NCBI GenBank assembly: GCA_963717465.1
Contig: OY970340.1
Location: 1,568,001 to 1,632,000, forward strand
Direction of reading: 5' to 3'
DNA from: Candidatus Bathyarchaeota archaeon
Lineage (GTDB): Archaea > Thermoproteota > Bathyarchaeia > Bathyarchaeales > Bathycorpusculaceae
Length of the DNA: 64,000 nucleotides
The notes under the pieces are model-generated. The model worked only from the letters and a program-made list of their open reading frames with translations, made no database searches and was not told where the DNA came from. The translations under genes and the position numbers were made by a program. Of the stretch, positions 52,363-62,046 are shown one piece after another; the stretch's first letter is position 1; every line of letters starts with the position of its first letter.

Positions 52363-53211
52363 TCACCCAAAAACTTCAATTTCGTATTCGAACGAATCGC
52401 GATGGGCGTTGATCTCGTAGTCTAGGCCGATCCAATCCAAAGACCCTTCTACTAATTCCCTCCCACGTCGCAACAATGTTCCCTTAATATTTTTCAATTT
52501 GAAGCCTATTCTTCCTTGTTCATCCGCTATTTTCGCGTACTGAGCTGTAACGCTGTCCCAAAAACCGATTTTGTCATCATACAAATTAAGGCCATCAGAG
52601 TCAAAATATTTTTTGAAGAAATGTGCACCTTGCTCGTTTAAAACAAAAACCTTTTCAAGTCTTTGCCGATCAAGTTGGCTAATATCTAAATTCAAATCGA
52701 TTAAGTTCTTCTTAATCATGCAAGTTAAGATAACCTTACCTTTCGGAGTCGTTTTATCAAAAATTGATTTTACTCCAAACTTTGAAAGTAATCCTTGGGT
52801 GAAGATAATGAATCGAGCAATCCACTTATTTTTTTGATAAAACAAGGAAACAAAATCTATCATTGAACGCAACTGCTTATTTTCAAGTTTGAGGCTTCGA
52901 AACTGGTCCCTTGCTATCAAATCCATGGAAAACTCTTTTCGGATTACAACGAAATCTTTCCTTCTATGAACTCCTAAAAGAGACGAACCTGAAAAAACTG
53001 TTTCATCAGAATATTTTGCGATAGGAGCTCCAAAACCCATTCCTTCTCCAACAACTTCTCTACCGTTGTACAATAGAATAATTCCTTTCTGTAAATTCGC
53101 AGTTTTCATTATCTTAGGTTTTGTATCAGAATAGATTCTAGCTGCAACAAAATCAGAAATAGTAAAAGTATGCTGCGCCGCTGATGAAAACATTTGGTTT
53201 TGATTTGACAT
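52363..53211 (-). CDS. Hypothetical protein co-transcribed with the B12 radical SAM gene
   Basis: 282-aa ORF 9 bp upstream of the rSAM gene; LQKG, GEGMGFGAP, RGRE and W.GLDY segments look conserved-type. Confidence 0.75.
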   Translation of the reverse strand: MSNQNQMFSSAAQHTFTISDFVAARIYSDTKPKIMKTANLQKGIILLYNGREVVGEGMGFGAPIAKYSDETVFSGSSLLGVHRRKDFVVIRKEFSMDLIARDQFRSLKLENKQLRSMIDFVSLFYQKNKWIARFIIFTQGLLSKFGVKSIFDKTTPKGKVILTCMIKKNLIDLNLDISQLDRQRLEKVFVLNEQGAHFFKKYFDSDGLNLYDDKIGFWDSVTAQYAKIADEQGRIGFKLKNIKGTLLRRGRELVEGSLDWIGLDYEINAHRDSFEYEIEVFG

Positions 53212-53950
53212 TTCTAATTCTTAATCCTCAAAAACTATTTTTTCCCGATCACGATTTAAGAAATGTACCTGGAATTTTAAATTGAACTTAAGCGGAACTG
53301 TAAAAAATTATGCCTGTAAAAATGACTTTATACTCTGTAAAGATACAACGGTTCAGTTGCTTGCTTCTTCTTTTCAGTTTGAGGCATTCTTTGAAATGAA
53401 TTTTCAAGTCCTTTTTGGCAGTTCAATTTACTCAACCACTTTACAACTTTGTCAAGTTTTGAAAAATATTAACACTTGTGACTGTGCCGACACAGCAACA
53501 ACCGAGTTAGCTGTAGCAAAGCAAGCTCTAATAGAAGGGGGTCTTAGTTAATAACCCTCAAAAGGTTTGCTCAATTGCTCGGAAAGCAACAACCGTCCTT
53601 TTAAAGTCGCCAAGTGTTCATGCAGTTTACTGCGATATTTATCTTTTCAAGTTATTATTCCGAAAAATGAATATATTTACAAGATAATTTAGGGGAATTT
53701 GTATTTTTTGCAAAACAAAATATTTTCATTATTTAGTTTCCTTTTTTGGGTTTTTATCTTTTGATCTGATAGTTTTCAGTAAAAAAGGTAGGCTTTTTAA
53801 TGCAAACTTTCCCACTCTTGGCTAAAGCGATTTTTATGATTTGGAGACTGCGCCAGATAAGAACTTGTACAAAATGATCATGATATCAAAGTTCAAGTCT
53901 TCCGCAAACATAAATAGTTGGATAATGCGCTTTTGATTTGGACAATGAGG

Positions 53951-54032
53951 ATATCGAGGTACGCCGAGGCTGAAGGCGGGGAAAATATGCTGGAGGCTTG
54001 TGAGTGCTTTTTCCGCTACTGAGTCTGTCAAA
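53951..54032 (+). repeat. ~80-bp dispersed repeat, copy 1
   Basis: Ungapped similarity to 61965-62046; identical 26-mer GCTTGTGAGTGCTTTTTCCGCTACTG at 53996-54021. Confidence 0.85.
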
Positions 54033-54226
54033 AGCCGCTAAATGTCGTAAAGGTAATTGAAGTAAGCAACAATACCTGTTGCCTTTTTCTATGTGTTTCT
54101 CTTCGCTCTAAAAGAGTTCAGGGTGAATTTCAGGTTAAGAATTAGGGCTAAAGATGAAAATGTCAGGTTTAAAAACCATGTTTTGGGCAAAAACCATTAA
54201 GAATTACCTCAGCCATATGGTGATGT

Positions 54227-55666
54227 ATGCCAAATGGAATTAGCCAAACCAAAGAATCGAAAACTGAAAGCGAAAAAACCAGGATTTATCAACTTTTATG
54301 CGTTGCCATTGGCGCTGAAAATGTCTCCACTCAAGAAGTAGATCGGGTAGCTTATTCAAGAGATTATTGGCCAATCGCCTTTAGGTGGTTTCTTGAAGGA
54401 AAAAATCCCACGTTGCCAGATTTCGTTTGCTGGCCTGGAAGTGCAAAAGAGGTTTCAGAAATCGTAAAGATAGCCTGTGAACAAAAAGTCCCCATTACGC
54501 CTTTTGGAGAGGGATCTGGAGTTTTAGGCGGCGCAATCCCAATCGATGGCGGCATAATCGTGGACCTAAAAAGAGTGAATAAAATTATTGAAATCAACGA
54601 TCAAAACCTAACCGTCACCGCGCAAACTGGAATCAACTTAACAAATTTAGAGGAAGAACTAAATAGAAAACAGTACACAATGGGGCATTTCCCCCAATCG
54701 TTTTATTGCTCTTCACTCGGAGGCAATCTTTCAACGCGAGCAGCAGGAGAATTCTCGACAAAGTACGGCAAAATAGACGACATTGTAATATCTCTTGAAG
54801 CAGTCCTCCCGCAAGGAGAAATAATCAAGTCGAAAACCACGCCAAAGTCTTCCACAGGTCCCGCTGTTGAACGCCTTTTAGTGGGCGGTGAAGGAACACT
54901 TGGCATTATCACTCAAGCAACACTTAAGATATGGCCTAAACCAGAAAAAACTGTTTTCAAATCTTATGCCTTTGTTAACATGCAAGACGGGTTAGACGTA
55001 ATCAGAAAAATTCTAAGAAAAGGCATCTTTCCAGCAGCCGTCAGATTATACGATAAACTGGAAACAGAAAGGCAGTTTTACCAGTTTTCTTTGGCAAAAG
55101 ACAAGTGCATGCTAGTCCTGGTAATGGAGGGCAGCGAAGAACTTGTGGACTTGGAGCAAAAAGTAACTGAAAAACTATGCAACGCGCAGGCTGTTGATAC
55201 AGGTGAAGAACCAGCACGCCACTGGCTTGAAAAAAGGTTCAACGTGAGGGAACTTGCAGATTTTTCACCGAAAGATGTGATTATTGACACGATTGAAGTG
55301 TCGGTCACATGGGATAAATCAATTAGTCTGTATGACTCGATTACTTCAGCGATAAATAGAATTAACGGGATATTCTATATCTCCGCGCACGCTTCACATT
55401 TCTATCCTCAAGGCGTATGTTTCTACTTCACTTTTGCAGGAGTACCAACGAAAACAAAGCCTGAAGATTTCTACAATAAAGTATGGGATAAAGCTATGAA
55501 GACTACTCTGGAAGTTGGGGGTTCAATAAGTCACCATCACGGCATAGGTATAATGCGTGAAAAATGGCTCGCCGATGAGTTAGGACAAAGCATGGAGGCG
55601 CTGAGAAAGATAAAGCATGCCTTGGACCCAGATAACATTATGAATCCGGGAAAAATGGGATTATAA
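54227..55666 (+). CDS. FAD-binding oxidoreductase, alkyl-DHAP synthase (ADPS)-like
   Basis: PFGEGSGV.GG, GHFPQSF..SSLGG..STRAAG..STKYGKIDD, GGEGTLGIIT, VRLYD, CFYF, SHHHGIG, DP.NIMNPGK. Confidence 0.85.
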   Translation: MPNGISQTKESKTESEKTRIYQLLCVAIGAENVSTQEVDRVAYSRDYWPIAFRWFLEGKNPTLPDFVCWPGSAKEVSEIVKIACEQKVPITPFGEGSGVLGGAIPIDGGIIVDLKRVNKIIEINDQNLTVTAQTGINLTNLEEELNRKQYTMGHFPQSFYCSSLGGNLSTRAAGEFSTKYGKIDDIVISLEAVLPQGEIIKSKTTPKSSTGPAVERLLVGGEGTLGIITQATLKIWPKPEKTVFKSYAFVNMQDGLDVIRKILRKGIFPAAVRLYDKLETERQFYQFSLAKDKCMLVLVMEGSEELVDLEQKVTEKLCNAQAVDTGEEPARHWLEKRFNVRELADFSPKDVIIDTIEVSVTWDKSISLYDSITSAINRINGIFYISAHASHFYPQGVCFYFTFAGVPTKTKPEDFYNKVWDKAMKTTLEVGGSISHHHGIGIMREKWLADELGQSMEALRKIKHALDPDNIMNPGKMGL

Positions 55667-55667
55667 A

Positions 55668-56870
55668 TTGGAAAAAATTCGAAAAAATTCATGGTTAATC
55701 AAGCTCATAGTAAAAGCAAACCTTTCAACAAAGAACCAACTGATAAAAAGCTTACTTTTCTCCGAAAAAAAATACTTGCCCAAAACAAGGCTTGAAGCAG
55801 ACGCAAAAAGCGTGCTAAAGTGTGCTCTTTGCCCAAACATGTGCAGGTTTGCTTGCCCTATATTGAAAGCCGAAAAATCTGAAGCAGTATCGCCTTCTGG
55901 GAAAACAAGAATTGCCCATCTTTTAGAAACTGACCATTTGGAATACAAAAAAGAAAACGTGGACATTTTTTACAATGATTTGGATTGCGAAGCTTGCAGG
56001 CAATGGTGCCCTTTCGGTTTCTCAGTCGGCGAGCTATCAATAGGCGTTAAACGAGATATTGCAAAAAAAGGATTAACCCCTAAAGCATTGCTTGAAGTCA
56101 AAGATAAGTTGCTTAAAGAGCATACGATTTATCCGGAAGGAATAACTTCATTTGCAGACCCGAAAGAAAAGAAAGCAAATATCTTGTACTTCGCTGGATG
56201 CACCACTCTAAACAAAAGAAAAGAAATCGCAGTCGCCACAACAAAAATACTGGAAAAGGCGGGAATCAGTTTTACGGTTTTACAAGAGGAGTGGTGTTGT
56301 GGCTATCCCCTGTATGCCTTGGGTTTTCAGGAAGAATTTCAATCATTCGCTGAGCGTAATTCAAAAGGCATCAAAGAGACTGGGTGCAAAATGATAATCT
56401 GCAGTTGCCCAACCTGTGCTTACGTGCTTAAAAAAATGTATCCACTTGGTAACTGCGAAGTTAAGCATGCATCACAGTACTTTCTTGAACTAATAAAAGG
56501 CAACAAGCTCAACCTAAAAGAAGTTGACAAAGAGTTTGTTTACCATGATCCATGTGTTCTTTCCAGAAAATTAGACGTTACTGAGGAGCCAAGGCAAGTC
56601 TTAAAAAGCATCCCAAATCTAACCTTAAAAGAGACCTATTTTAACAAAAAAAACACTCAATGCTGCGGAAAAGGCGGCGGATTAGGACTAGCGAACCCTG
56701 AGCTTTCCTTCCAAATAGCCCAAAATAGGGTCTCACAGCTAGAAGAAGTCTCATCCTCTATAGTCACCGCGTGCCCCTCATGTGAGCTTGCGCTCAAAAG
56801 TGCTGGTAAATCAATCGAGGTACTGGATTTATCTGAAATCATCTTGGCGGCTTTAAACAATGAAGGATGA
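55668..56870 (+). CDS. Fe-S oxidoreductase with two CCG domains (GlpC/GlcF/HdrD-like)
   Basis: CALCPNMCRFACP, CEACRQWCP, YFAGC, WCCG, SCPTC, YHDPC, QCCG, ACPSC. Confidence 0.9.
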   Translation: MEKIRKNSWLIKLIVKANLSTKNQLIKSLLFSEKKYLPKTRLEADAKSVLKCALCPNMCRFACPILKAEKSEAVSPSGKTRIAHLLETDHLEYKKENVDIFYNDLDCEACRQWCPFGFSVGELSIGVKRDIAKKGLTPKALLEVKDKLLKEHTIYPEGITSFADPKEKKANILYFAGCTTLNKRKEIAVATTKILEKAGISFTVLQEEWCCGYPLYALGFQEEFQSFAERNSKGIKETGCKMIICSCPTCAYVLKKMYPLGNCEVKHASQYFLELIKGNKLNLKEVDKEFVYHDPCVLSRKLDVTEEPRQVLKSIPNLTLKETYFNKKNTQCCGKGGGLGLANPELSFQIAQNRVSQLEEVSSSIVTACPSCELALKSAGKSIEVLDLSEIILAALNNEG

Positions 56871-58626
56871 AGAACTCGACAGGAAAGTAAAGCAATCTCT
56901 GAAAGAATTCGTCTTTCAGATAAACAGCACGGTAAAAGATGGCATCGTTTACTTAGATGGGCATGTGGATAATTGGGAGAACGTTGTTGAATTAGGTCAC
57001 CGCGTCGGGAAAATAAAGGGCGTGGAAGAAGTCGTCAACGACATCCTTTCAAATGAACCTGCTGGAGAAGTGGCACAGCCCCAGGTCAGACTTCCCAAGA
57101 AAATTTATGACCCAATCTTGCCAAAGAAAGCTGATGTAGTAATAATTGGAGGCGGCGTAATCGGCAGTTTTATCGCACGAGAACTATCGCGGTACAAACT
57201 GGACATCGTTCTATTGGAAAAGGAAAGCGACGTATGTGGCGCTGCAACAAGATCCAACAATGCACAAATACACACGGGGGTAGGCGAAAGTTCTGGGACA
57301 TTGAAAAGAAAATTGTGCATAAAATCCTGGCCCTTATTTGATAAAATTTCTGATGAGTTAGATGTACCCTACAATAAAACTGGTCTACTAGTTCTTGTAA
57401 CTAAGGATAGCCTATCCAAAAAAATCCCCACGCCTCTTAGGCATTTTTTGTGTAAATACTTGATTCCTTTGCCTATTTGGATAATGGCAAAAAGAGCCAA
57501 AGACAAACCAAAGATTGTTAGAAAAGCGAAGCTGCAGCAAATGGAACCGTACCTGACTGAAAATGCGCTTGTCGGGGTTCTTATGCCAAATTATGGAATA
57601 ATTGACCCTTTTAGACTGACTCTTTCACTCGCTGAAAACGCGGTTCAAAATGGTGCACAAGTATTTATTGACACCGAGGTAACAGGCATAAAAGTTGAGG
57701 ATAAAAAGATCAAAGCAGTTGTTACCACTAGAGGAATGATTGATACAGATTTTGTAGTAAATGCAGCAGGCGTTTATGCTGATAGGATCGCTGATATCGC
57801 TGGGACTCGAGAATTTACCATACACCCAAGAAAAGGCGGAACCGTACTTTTCGATAAAAAGACAAACAAATATGCTGCCCATCAATTAAACGAGTTTAAG
57901 CTTCCAAGGGACGAGCACACTAAAGGCGGTGGAGTATTAAAAACCCCAGAGGGGAACATAAACTTTGGACCAAGCGCTGTGGAAGTTCCCGACAAAGAGG
58001 ATACGTCGATGTCAAGAGAGGATCTTGATAACATCCTCGAGAAATATTCTACCGTTTTCTCCAGTTTTCCAAAAAAATCAGTAATTACCTATTTTTCTGG
58101 GCTAAGAGCTTGCACATACAAAGAAGATTTTTTGATAAAGCCCTCAAAAAACGTTAAAGGCCTAATCCATGCAGCGGGGATTCAATCTCCAGGATTAACA
58201 TGCTCCCCAACTATCGCAAGAATGATTTTGGAGATTCTGGGAAAGGAGGGATTGCCCATGAGCGAAAAAGAAAATTTTAATCCTCTTTCAAAAAGAGTCC
58301 CAGTATTTAGAGAGCTAACCTTGGAGGAAAAAAAGAAAATCGTTTCAGAAGACAAACTTTATGGAAATGTGGTCTGCAGATGTGAGCACGTTACTGAAGG
58401 AGAAATAGTCAAGGCTATTCATTCGCCAATTCCAGCTCTCACTGTAGACGCTATAAAGAGGAGGACAAGAGCGGGGATGGGAAGGTGCCAAAGTGGTTTC
58501 TGCGGGTATCTGGTTGCCCGAATACTTGCTAGAGAATTGGGTATTCCCATGGAGGAGATAACGAAGAACGGTGGTAATTCACGCCTTTTCATTGGCAAAA
58601 CTAAGGAGCTTTTGGCAGGGGATTAG
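56860..58626 (+). CDS. BON-domain-fused FAD-dependent dehydrogenase with BFD-like 2Fe-2S tail (GlpA/LhgO-like)
   Basis: N-terminal BON pattern (VKDGIVYLDGHV...GVEEVVNDI), IIGGGVIG, IQSPGLT, VCRCEHVT, RAGMGRCQSGFC. Confidence 0.85.
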   Translation: MKDEELDRKVKQSLKEFVFQINSTVKDGIVYLDGHVDNWENVVELGHRVGKIKGVEEVVNDILSNEPAGEVAQPQVRLPKKIYDPILPKKADVVIIGGGVIGSFIARELSRYKLDIVLLEKESDVCGAATRSNNAQIHTGVGESSGTLKRKLCIKSWPLFDKISDELDVPYNKTGLLVLVTKDSLSKKIPTPLRHFLCKYLIPLPIWIMAKRAKDKPKIVRKAKLQQMEPYLTENALVGVLMPNYGIIDPFRLTLSLAENAVQNGAQVFIDTEVTGIKVEDKKIKAVVTTRGMIDTDFVVNAAGVYADRIADIAGTREFTIHPRKGGTVLFDKKTNKYAAHQLNEFKLPRDEHTKGGGVLKTPEGNINFGPSAVEVPDKEDTSMSREDLDNILEKYSTVFSSFPKKSVITYFSGLRACTYKEDFLIKPSKNVKGLIHAAGIQSPGLTCSPTIARMILEILGKEGLPMSEKENFNPLSKRVPVFRELTLEEKKKIVSEDKLYGNVVCRCEHVTEGEIVKAIHSPIPALTVDAIKRRTRAGMGRCQSGFCGYLVARILARELGIPMEEITKNGGNSRLFIGKTKELLAGD

Positions 58627-58627
58627 C

Positions 58628-59881
58628 ATGATGAACGTTGACACGCTTGTTATTGGCGGTGGGCCAGCAGGTTTAGCTGCTGCTTTAAGCGCGTACAAGA
58701 ATGGAGTAAAAGATGTGTTGCTTATTGAACGTAATCCAGAGCTAGGCGGAATACTTCCTCAATGCATACATGATGGGTTTGGAACCGTAATTTTCAAGGA
58801 GCGATTAACAGGGCCAGAATACGCAGAGCGCTATATCCAAGAAATCAAAAAATCGGCCATAAATGTGAAGCTGGAAACAATGGTTTTGCAGATAGATCGC
58901 TTCAAGAGAGTAATTGCTGTCAACCCGACTGATGGTTTGCTTGACATACAAGCAAAAAGCTTGATTTTGACGATGGGTTGCAGAGAGCGAACGCGACAGC
59001 AAATTATCATCCCGGGAGATAGACCGGCAGGAATTTACACAGCAGGGGTAGCTCAAAGATACATAAATATGCAGGGAATAATGCCTGGCAAAGAAATTGT
59101 GATTCTTGGTTCTGGAGATGTCGGCCTTATAATGGCTAGAAGATTTACTCTGGAAGGAGCCAAAGTGGAGGGAGTTTACGAGGTCATGCCGACTCCTGGA
59201 GGATTAACTAGAAATCTTGTTCAGTGCCTGCAAGATTATGAAATTCCTCTGCATCTTTCTCACACGATTGTAAACATAAAAGGTAAAGAACGGGTTGAAG
59301 GAGTAACTGTTGCACAAGTCGATTCTAACATGAAGCCCATTCAAAGTACTGAAAGGTTTGTTCCATGCGACACAGTGATAGTGTCCGTGGGTTTAATTCC
59401 TGAAAATGAACTCTCCGAAATGGTGCCTTTAAATTTTGATTCTGAGACTGGTGGTCCAGTAGTTGATGAATCCATGGAAACTTCAGAAGCAGGAGTTTTC
59501 GCCGCTGGAAATGTTGTTTACGTACATGACTTAGTTGATGATGTTTCAGCTGAAGGCGAAATAGCAGGAAAGGCAGCTGCAAAATACATCAAGGGAGAAT
59601 TACAGGAGAGAGAAAAATTAGTAAAGGTCGAGGCGGGAGAAAACGTAAGGTATGTTGTTCCGCAAATAATTCGCAAAAAAGGTTTTGAAGAAAACATAAA
59701 ACTCTGCTTTCGTGTGAAAGAAGTTCAAAAAAACATTTCTGTAAAAACGTTTGCAGATGACAAAGAGATTTGCTCAGTGAAGCAACGCATTGTAAGACCG
59801 CCGGAGATGCTTTCCGTTAATGTGTCCTCTTCAGCATTGGAAAATGCCAAAGTTGTTAAATTAAAGGTGACGAAAGAATGA
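58628..59881 (+). CDS. NAD(P)/FAD-dependent oxidoreductase (partner subunit of the GlpA-like enzyme)
   Basis: GGGPAG, GGILPQCIHDGFG, MGCRERTR, ILGSGDVGLIMARR, FAAGNV. Confidence 0.88.
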   Translation: MMNVDTLVIGGGPAGLAAALSAYKNGVKDVLLIERNPELGGILPQCIHDGFGTVIFKERLTGPEYAERYIQEIKKSAINVKLETMVLQIDRFKRVIAVNPTDGLLDIQAKSLILTMGCRERTRQQIIIPGDRPAGIYTAGVAQRYINMQGIMPGKEIVILGSGDVGLIMARRFTLEGAKVEGVYEVMPTPGGLTRNLVQCLQDYEIPLHLSHTIVNIKGKERVEGVTVAQVDSNMKPIQSTERFVPCDTVIVSVGLIPENELSEMVPLNFDSETGGPVVDESMETSEAGVFAAGNVVYVHDLVDDVSAEGEIAGKAAAKYIKGELQEREKLVKVEAGENVRYVVPQIIRKKGFEENIKLCFRVKEVQKNISVKTFADDKEICSVKQRIVRPPEMLSVNVSSSALENAKVVKLKVTKE

Positions 59882-60252
59882 AAAAAGTCCATAAATTAAC
59901 CTGTATAGGCTGCCCGTCTAGTTGCGAGATTAAGGTAATCGAGAGCGACGACAAGCAGTTGCAGGTAGTTGGCGGCTGTAAAATAGGCAAAGAATACGTA
60001 ATCAAGGAAGTTACAGCTCCCGAGAGAATTTTAACTTCGACCGTTAGAGTTGAAAATGGCGTATTGCCTGTTCTCCCTGTTAAAAGTGAGAAGCCACTTC
60101 CTAAAGGATTAATTAAAGAATCTGTGCGAGAGCTTGCAAAAATTAAGGTTAAAGCACCTGTAGAGCAAGGAAGCATAATTTATGGAAATATGCTAAATAC
60201 AGGTGTCAACGTCATAGCATCTAGAAGCTTGGAGGCGAGAAGTCTTGAATGA
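59878..60252 (+). CDS. DUF1667-like small Fe-S subunit
   Basis: CIGCPSSC, GC.IG..Y, P.RILTSTV, PVK. Confidence 0.8.
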   Translation: MKKVHKLTCIGCPSSCEIKVIESDDKQLQVVGGCKIGKEYVIKEVTAPERILTSTVRVENGVLPVLPVKSEKPLPKGLIKESVRELAKIKVKAPVEQGSIIYGNMLNTGVNVIASRSLEARSLE

Positions 60253-61819
60253 AAAGAAGTATATTTTGGTGAACGATGTCGGAACCACGATGCTAAAAGC
60301 CGTTGTGCTTGACGAGCTTCTCAACATCGTAGCTGAAGCTTCAGAAGAAATATCACAAATTTATCCGAAGCCTGGATGGTGCGAACAAGACCCAAACGAG
60401 ATTTGGGATAAAAGCTTGGCTGCATCAAAAAGGGCTCTGCAAAAAGTTGGTGCAGAAAACATTGCAGCCATGGGTTTAGTAACCCAAAGAGCCACAATTA
60501 TTGTCTGGGATAAGACAACAGGAAAACCAGTCTACAATGCTATAACATGGCAAGACATCAGGACTGCAAGCTTTTGCCAAAAAATAAACAGCAAAGCAAG
60601 CGTCAAACTTTTTCATGGCTTAGGCAAAACCGTCCAAAAAATATCACTTGTAATTAAACCTCTAAGAAAATCAGCTAGTACGAATAGGCTTATTCAACTT
60701 TCGCACTTTAATTTTTTGCCAGTTCAGGCTGGAGCACGCTTTAACTGGATAATGAATAATGTGCCCGAAGCAAAAGAAATTCAGCAGAGTGGCAATTTGC
60801 TTTTTGGGACGGTTGACACTTGGCTATTATGGAAGCATACTCAAGGACAAATTTACGCAACAGACTACTCTAACGCATCCTCCACTGGCATCTTTGACCC
60901 CTTTACTTTAGGCTGGAGCAAGTTCATAATGGACTCTTTTGAAATGCCAAAAAATCTAAAGCTTCCTGAAATCAAACAAACCAGCGATAACTTTGGCAAA
61001 ACCAGCGCATTCGGTGTGCCAATCAACATAAGAAGTGTTGTGGCGGATCAGCAGGCGGCATTATTTGGGGAAGCATGTTTCTCTAATGGAGATGTTAAAT
61101 GCACTAATGGAACTGGCACATTTATCGACATAAACACTGGTAATACTCCCATCGCGTCGAGTCATGGTCTTACTCCTTTGGTAGCTTGGAAAATAAATGA
61201 TAAAGTCACTTTCATGTTGGAAGGTTTTGTCCAAAATACTGGTTCATTGGTACAGTGGTTAAAAGACTTAGAACTCATCAGCAGTCCCCAAGAAAGTGAG
61301 GATTTAGCCAAGAGCATTGAAGACACTGCCGGAGTCATTGTTGTGCCAGCTCTAACGGGACTTGGCGCCCCATATTGGGACCCTAATGCTCGGGGAACAG
61401 TGATAGGTCTTACTAGAAAGGCTAAAAAAGAACACATCGTTAGAGCTGCCTTAGAATCCATCGGATACAGCTGCAACGACATATTGGAAGTCCTGAAAAA
61501 AGACACGGGTTTTTTGATATCTTCGATTAAAACAGATGGAGGAGCATCGAAAAACAATTTCATCATACAATTTCTCGCCGACATAACAAACGCACAAATT
61601 GAAAGACCAAAAAATTTAGAAATGACCGCTATAGGCGCAGGATGCTTAGCTGGTCTTGCAGTTGGCTACTGGAAATCAACTGAGGACCTGCTAAAAAATC
61701 GCAAGGTCGACAAGGTGTTCTCGCCCAAAATGGAAGATAGTCTGAGAATGACTTTGTGTTCTCAGTGGAAGAGAGCTATCCAAAGAAGCTACGATTGGGC
61801 AACTGATGAGATTCAATAA
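60245..61819 (+). CDS. FGGY-family glycerol kinase, GK5-like with internal insertion
   Basis: DVGTT, TQRAT, TWQD.RT, FGTVDTWL, ADQQ, GTGTF, PYWD, DGG. Confidence 0.88.
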   Translation: MNEKKYILVNDVGTTMLKAVVLDELLNIVAEASEEISQIYPKPGWCEQDPNEIWDKSLAASKRALQKVGAENIAAMGLVTQRATIIVWDKTTGKPVYNAITWQDIRTASFCQKINSKASVKLFHGLGKTVQKISLVIKPLRKSASTNRLIQLSHFNFLPVQAGARFNWIMNNVPEAKEIQQSGNLLFGTVDTWLLWKHTQGQIYATDYSNASSTGIFDPFTLGWSKFIMDSFEMPKNLKLPEIKQTSDNFGKTSAFGVPINIRSVVADQQAALFGEACFSNGDVKCTNGTGTFIDINTGNTPIASSHGLTPLVAWKINDKVTFMLEGFVQNTGSLVQWLKDLELISSPQESEDLAKSIEDTAGVIVVPALTGLGAPYWDPNARGTVIGLTRKAKKEHIVRAALESIGYSCNDILEVLKKDTGFLISSIKTDGGASKNNFIIQFLADITNAQIERPKNLEMTAIGAGCLAGLAVGYWKSTEDLLKNRKVDKVFSPKMEDSLRMTLCSQWKRAIQRSYDWATDEIQ

Positions 61820-61964
61820 CAAGTAACCTCTTTTTCTACAAGCGGCGGTTTTGGCGTGCATTTGCTTTTTAATGTACCCTCTGAACTAGCTTATTTTCCT
61901 GCTTTTTTGGTTGGTCGGATTAACTTTTAGGTTAAGATAAAAATTAAGTAACCAAATCATTACA

Positions 61965-62046
61965 ACATCAAGGTGCGGCGAAGCTGAATGCGGGGAATTT
62001 AGGCTGGACGCTTGTGAGTGCTTTTTCCGCTACTGGGTTCGACAAA
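61965..62046 (+). repeat. ~80-bp dispersed repeat, copy 2
   Basis: Matches 53951-54032; identical 26-mer at 62010-62035. Confidence 0.85.

Noticed and set aside
53282..53600. 89-aa ORF and small hairpins (AGGGGGT/ACCCCT, TTGCT-CGGAA-AGCAA)
   Set aside because: ORF has no recognisable features; hairpins are short and I could not build a larger consistent structure.
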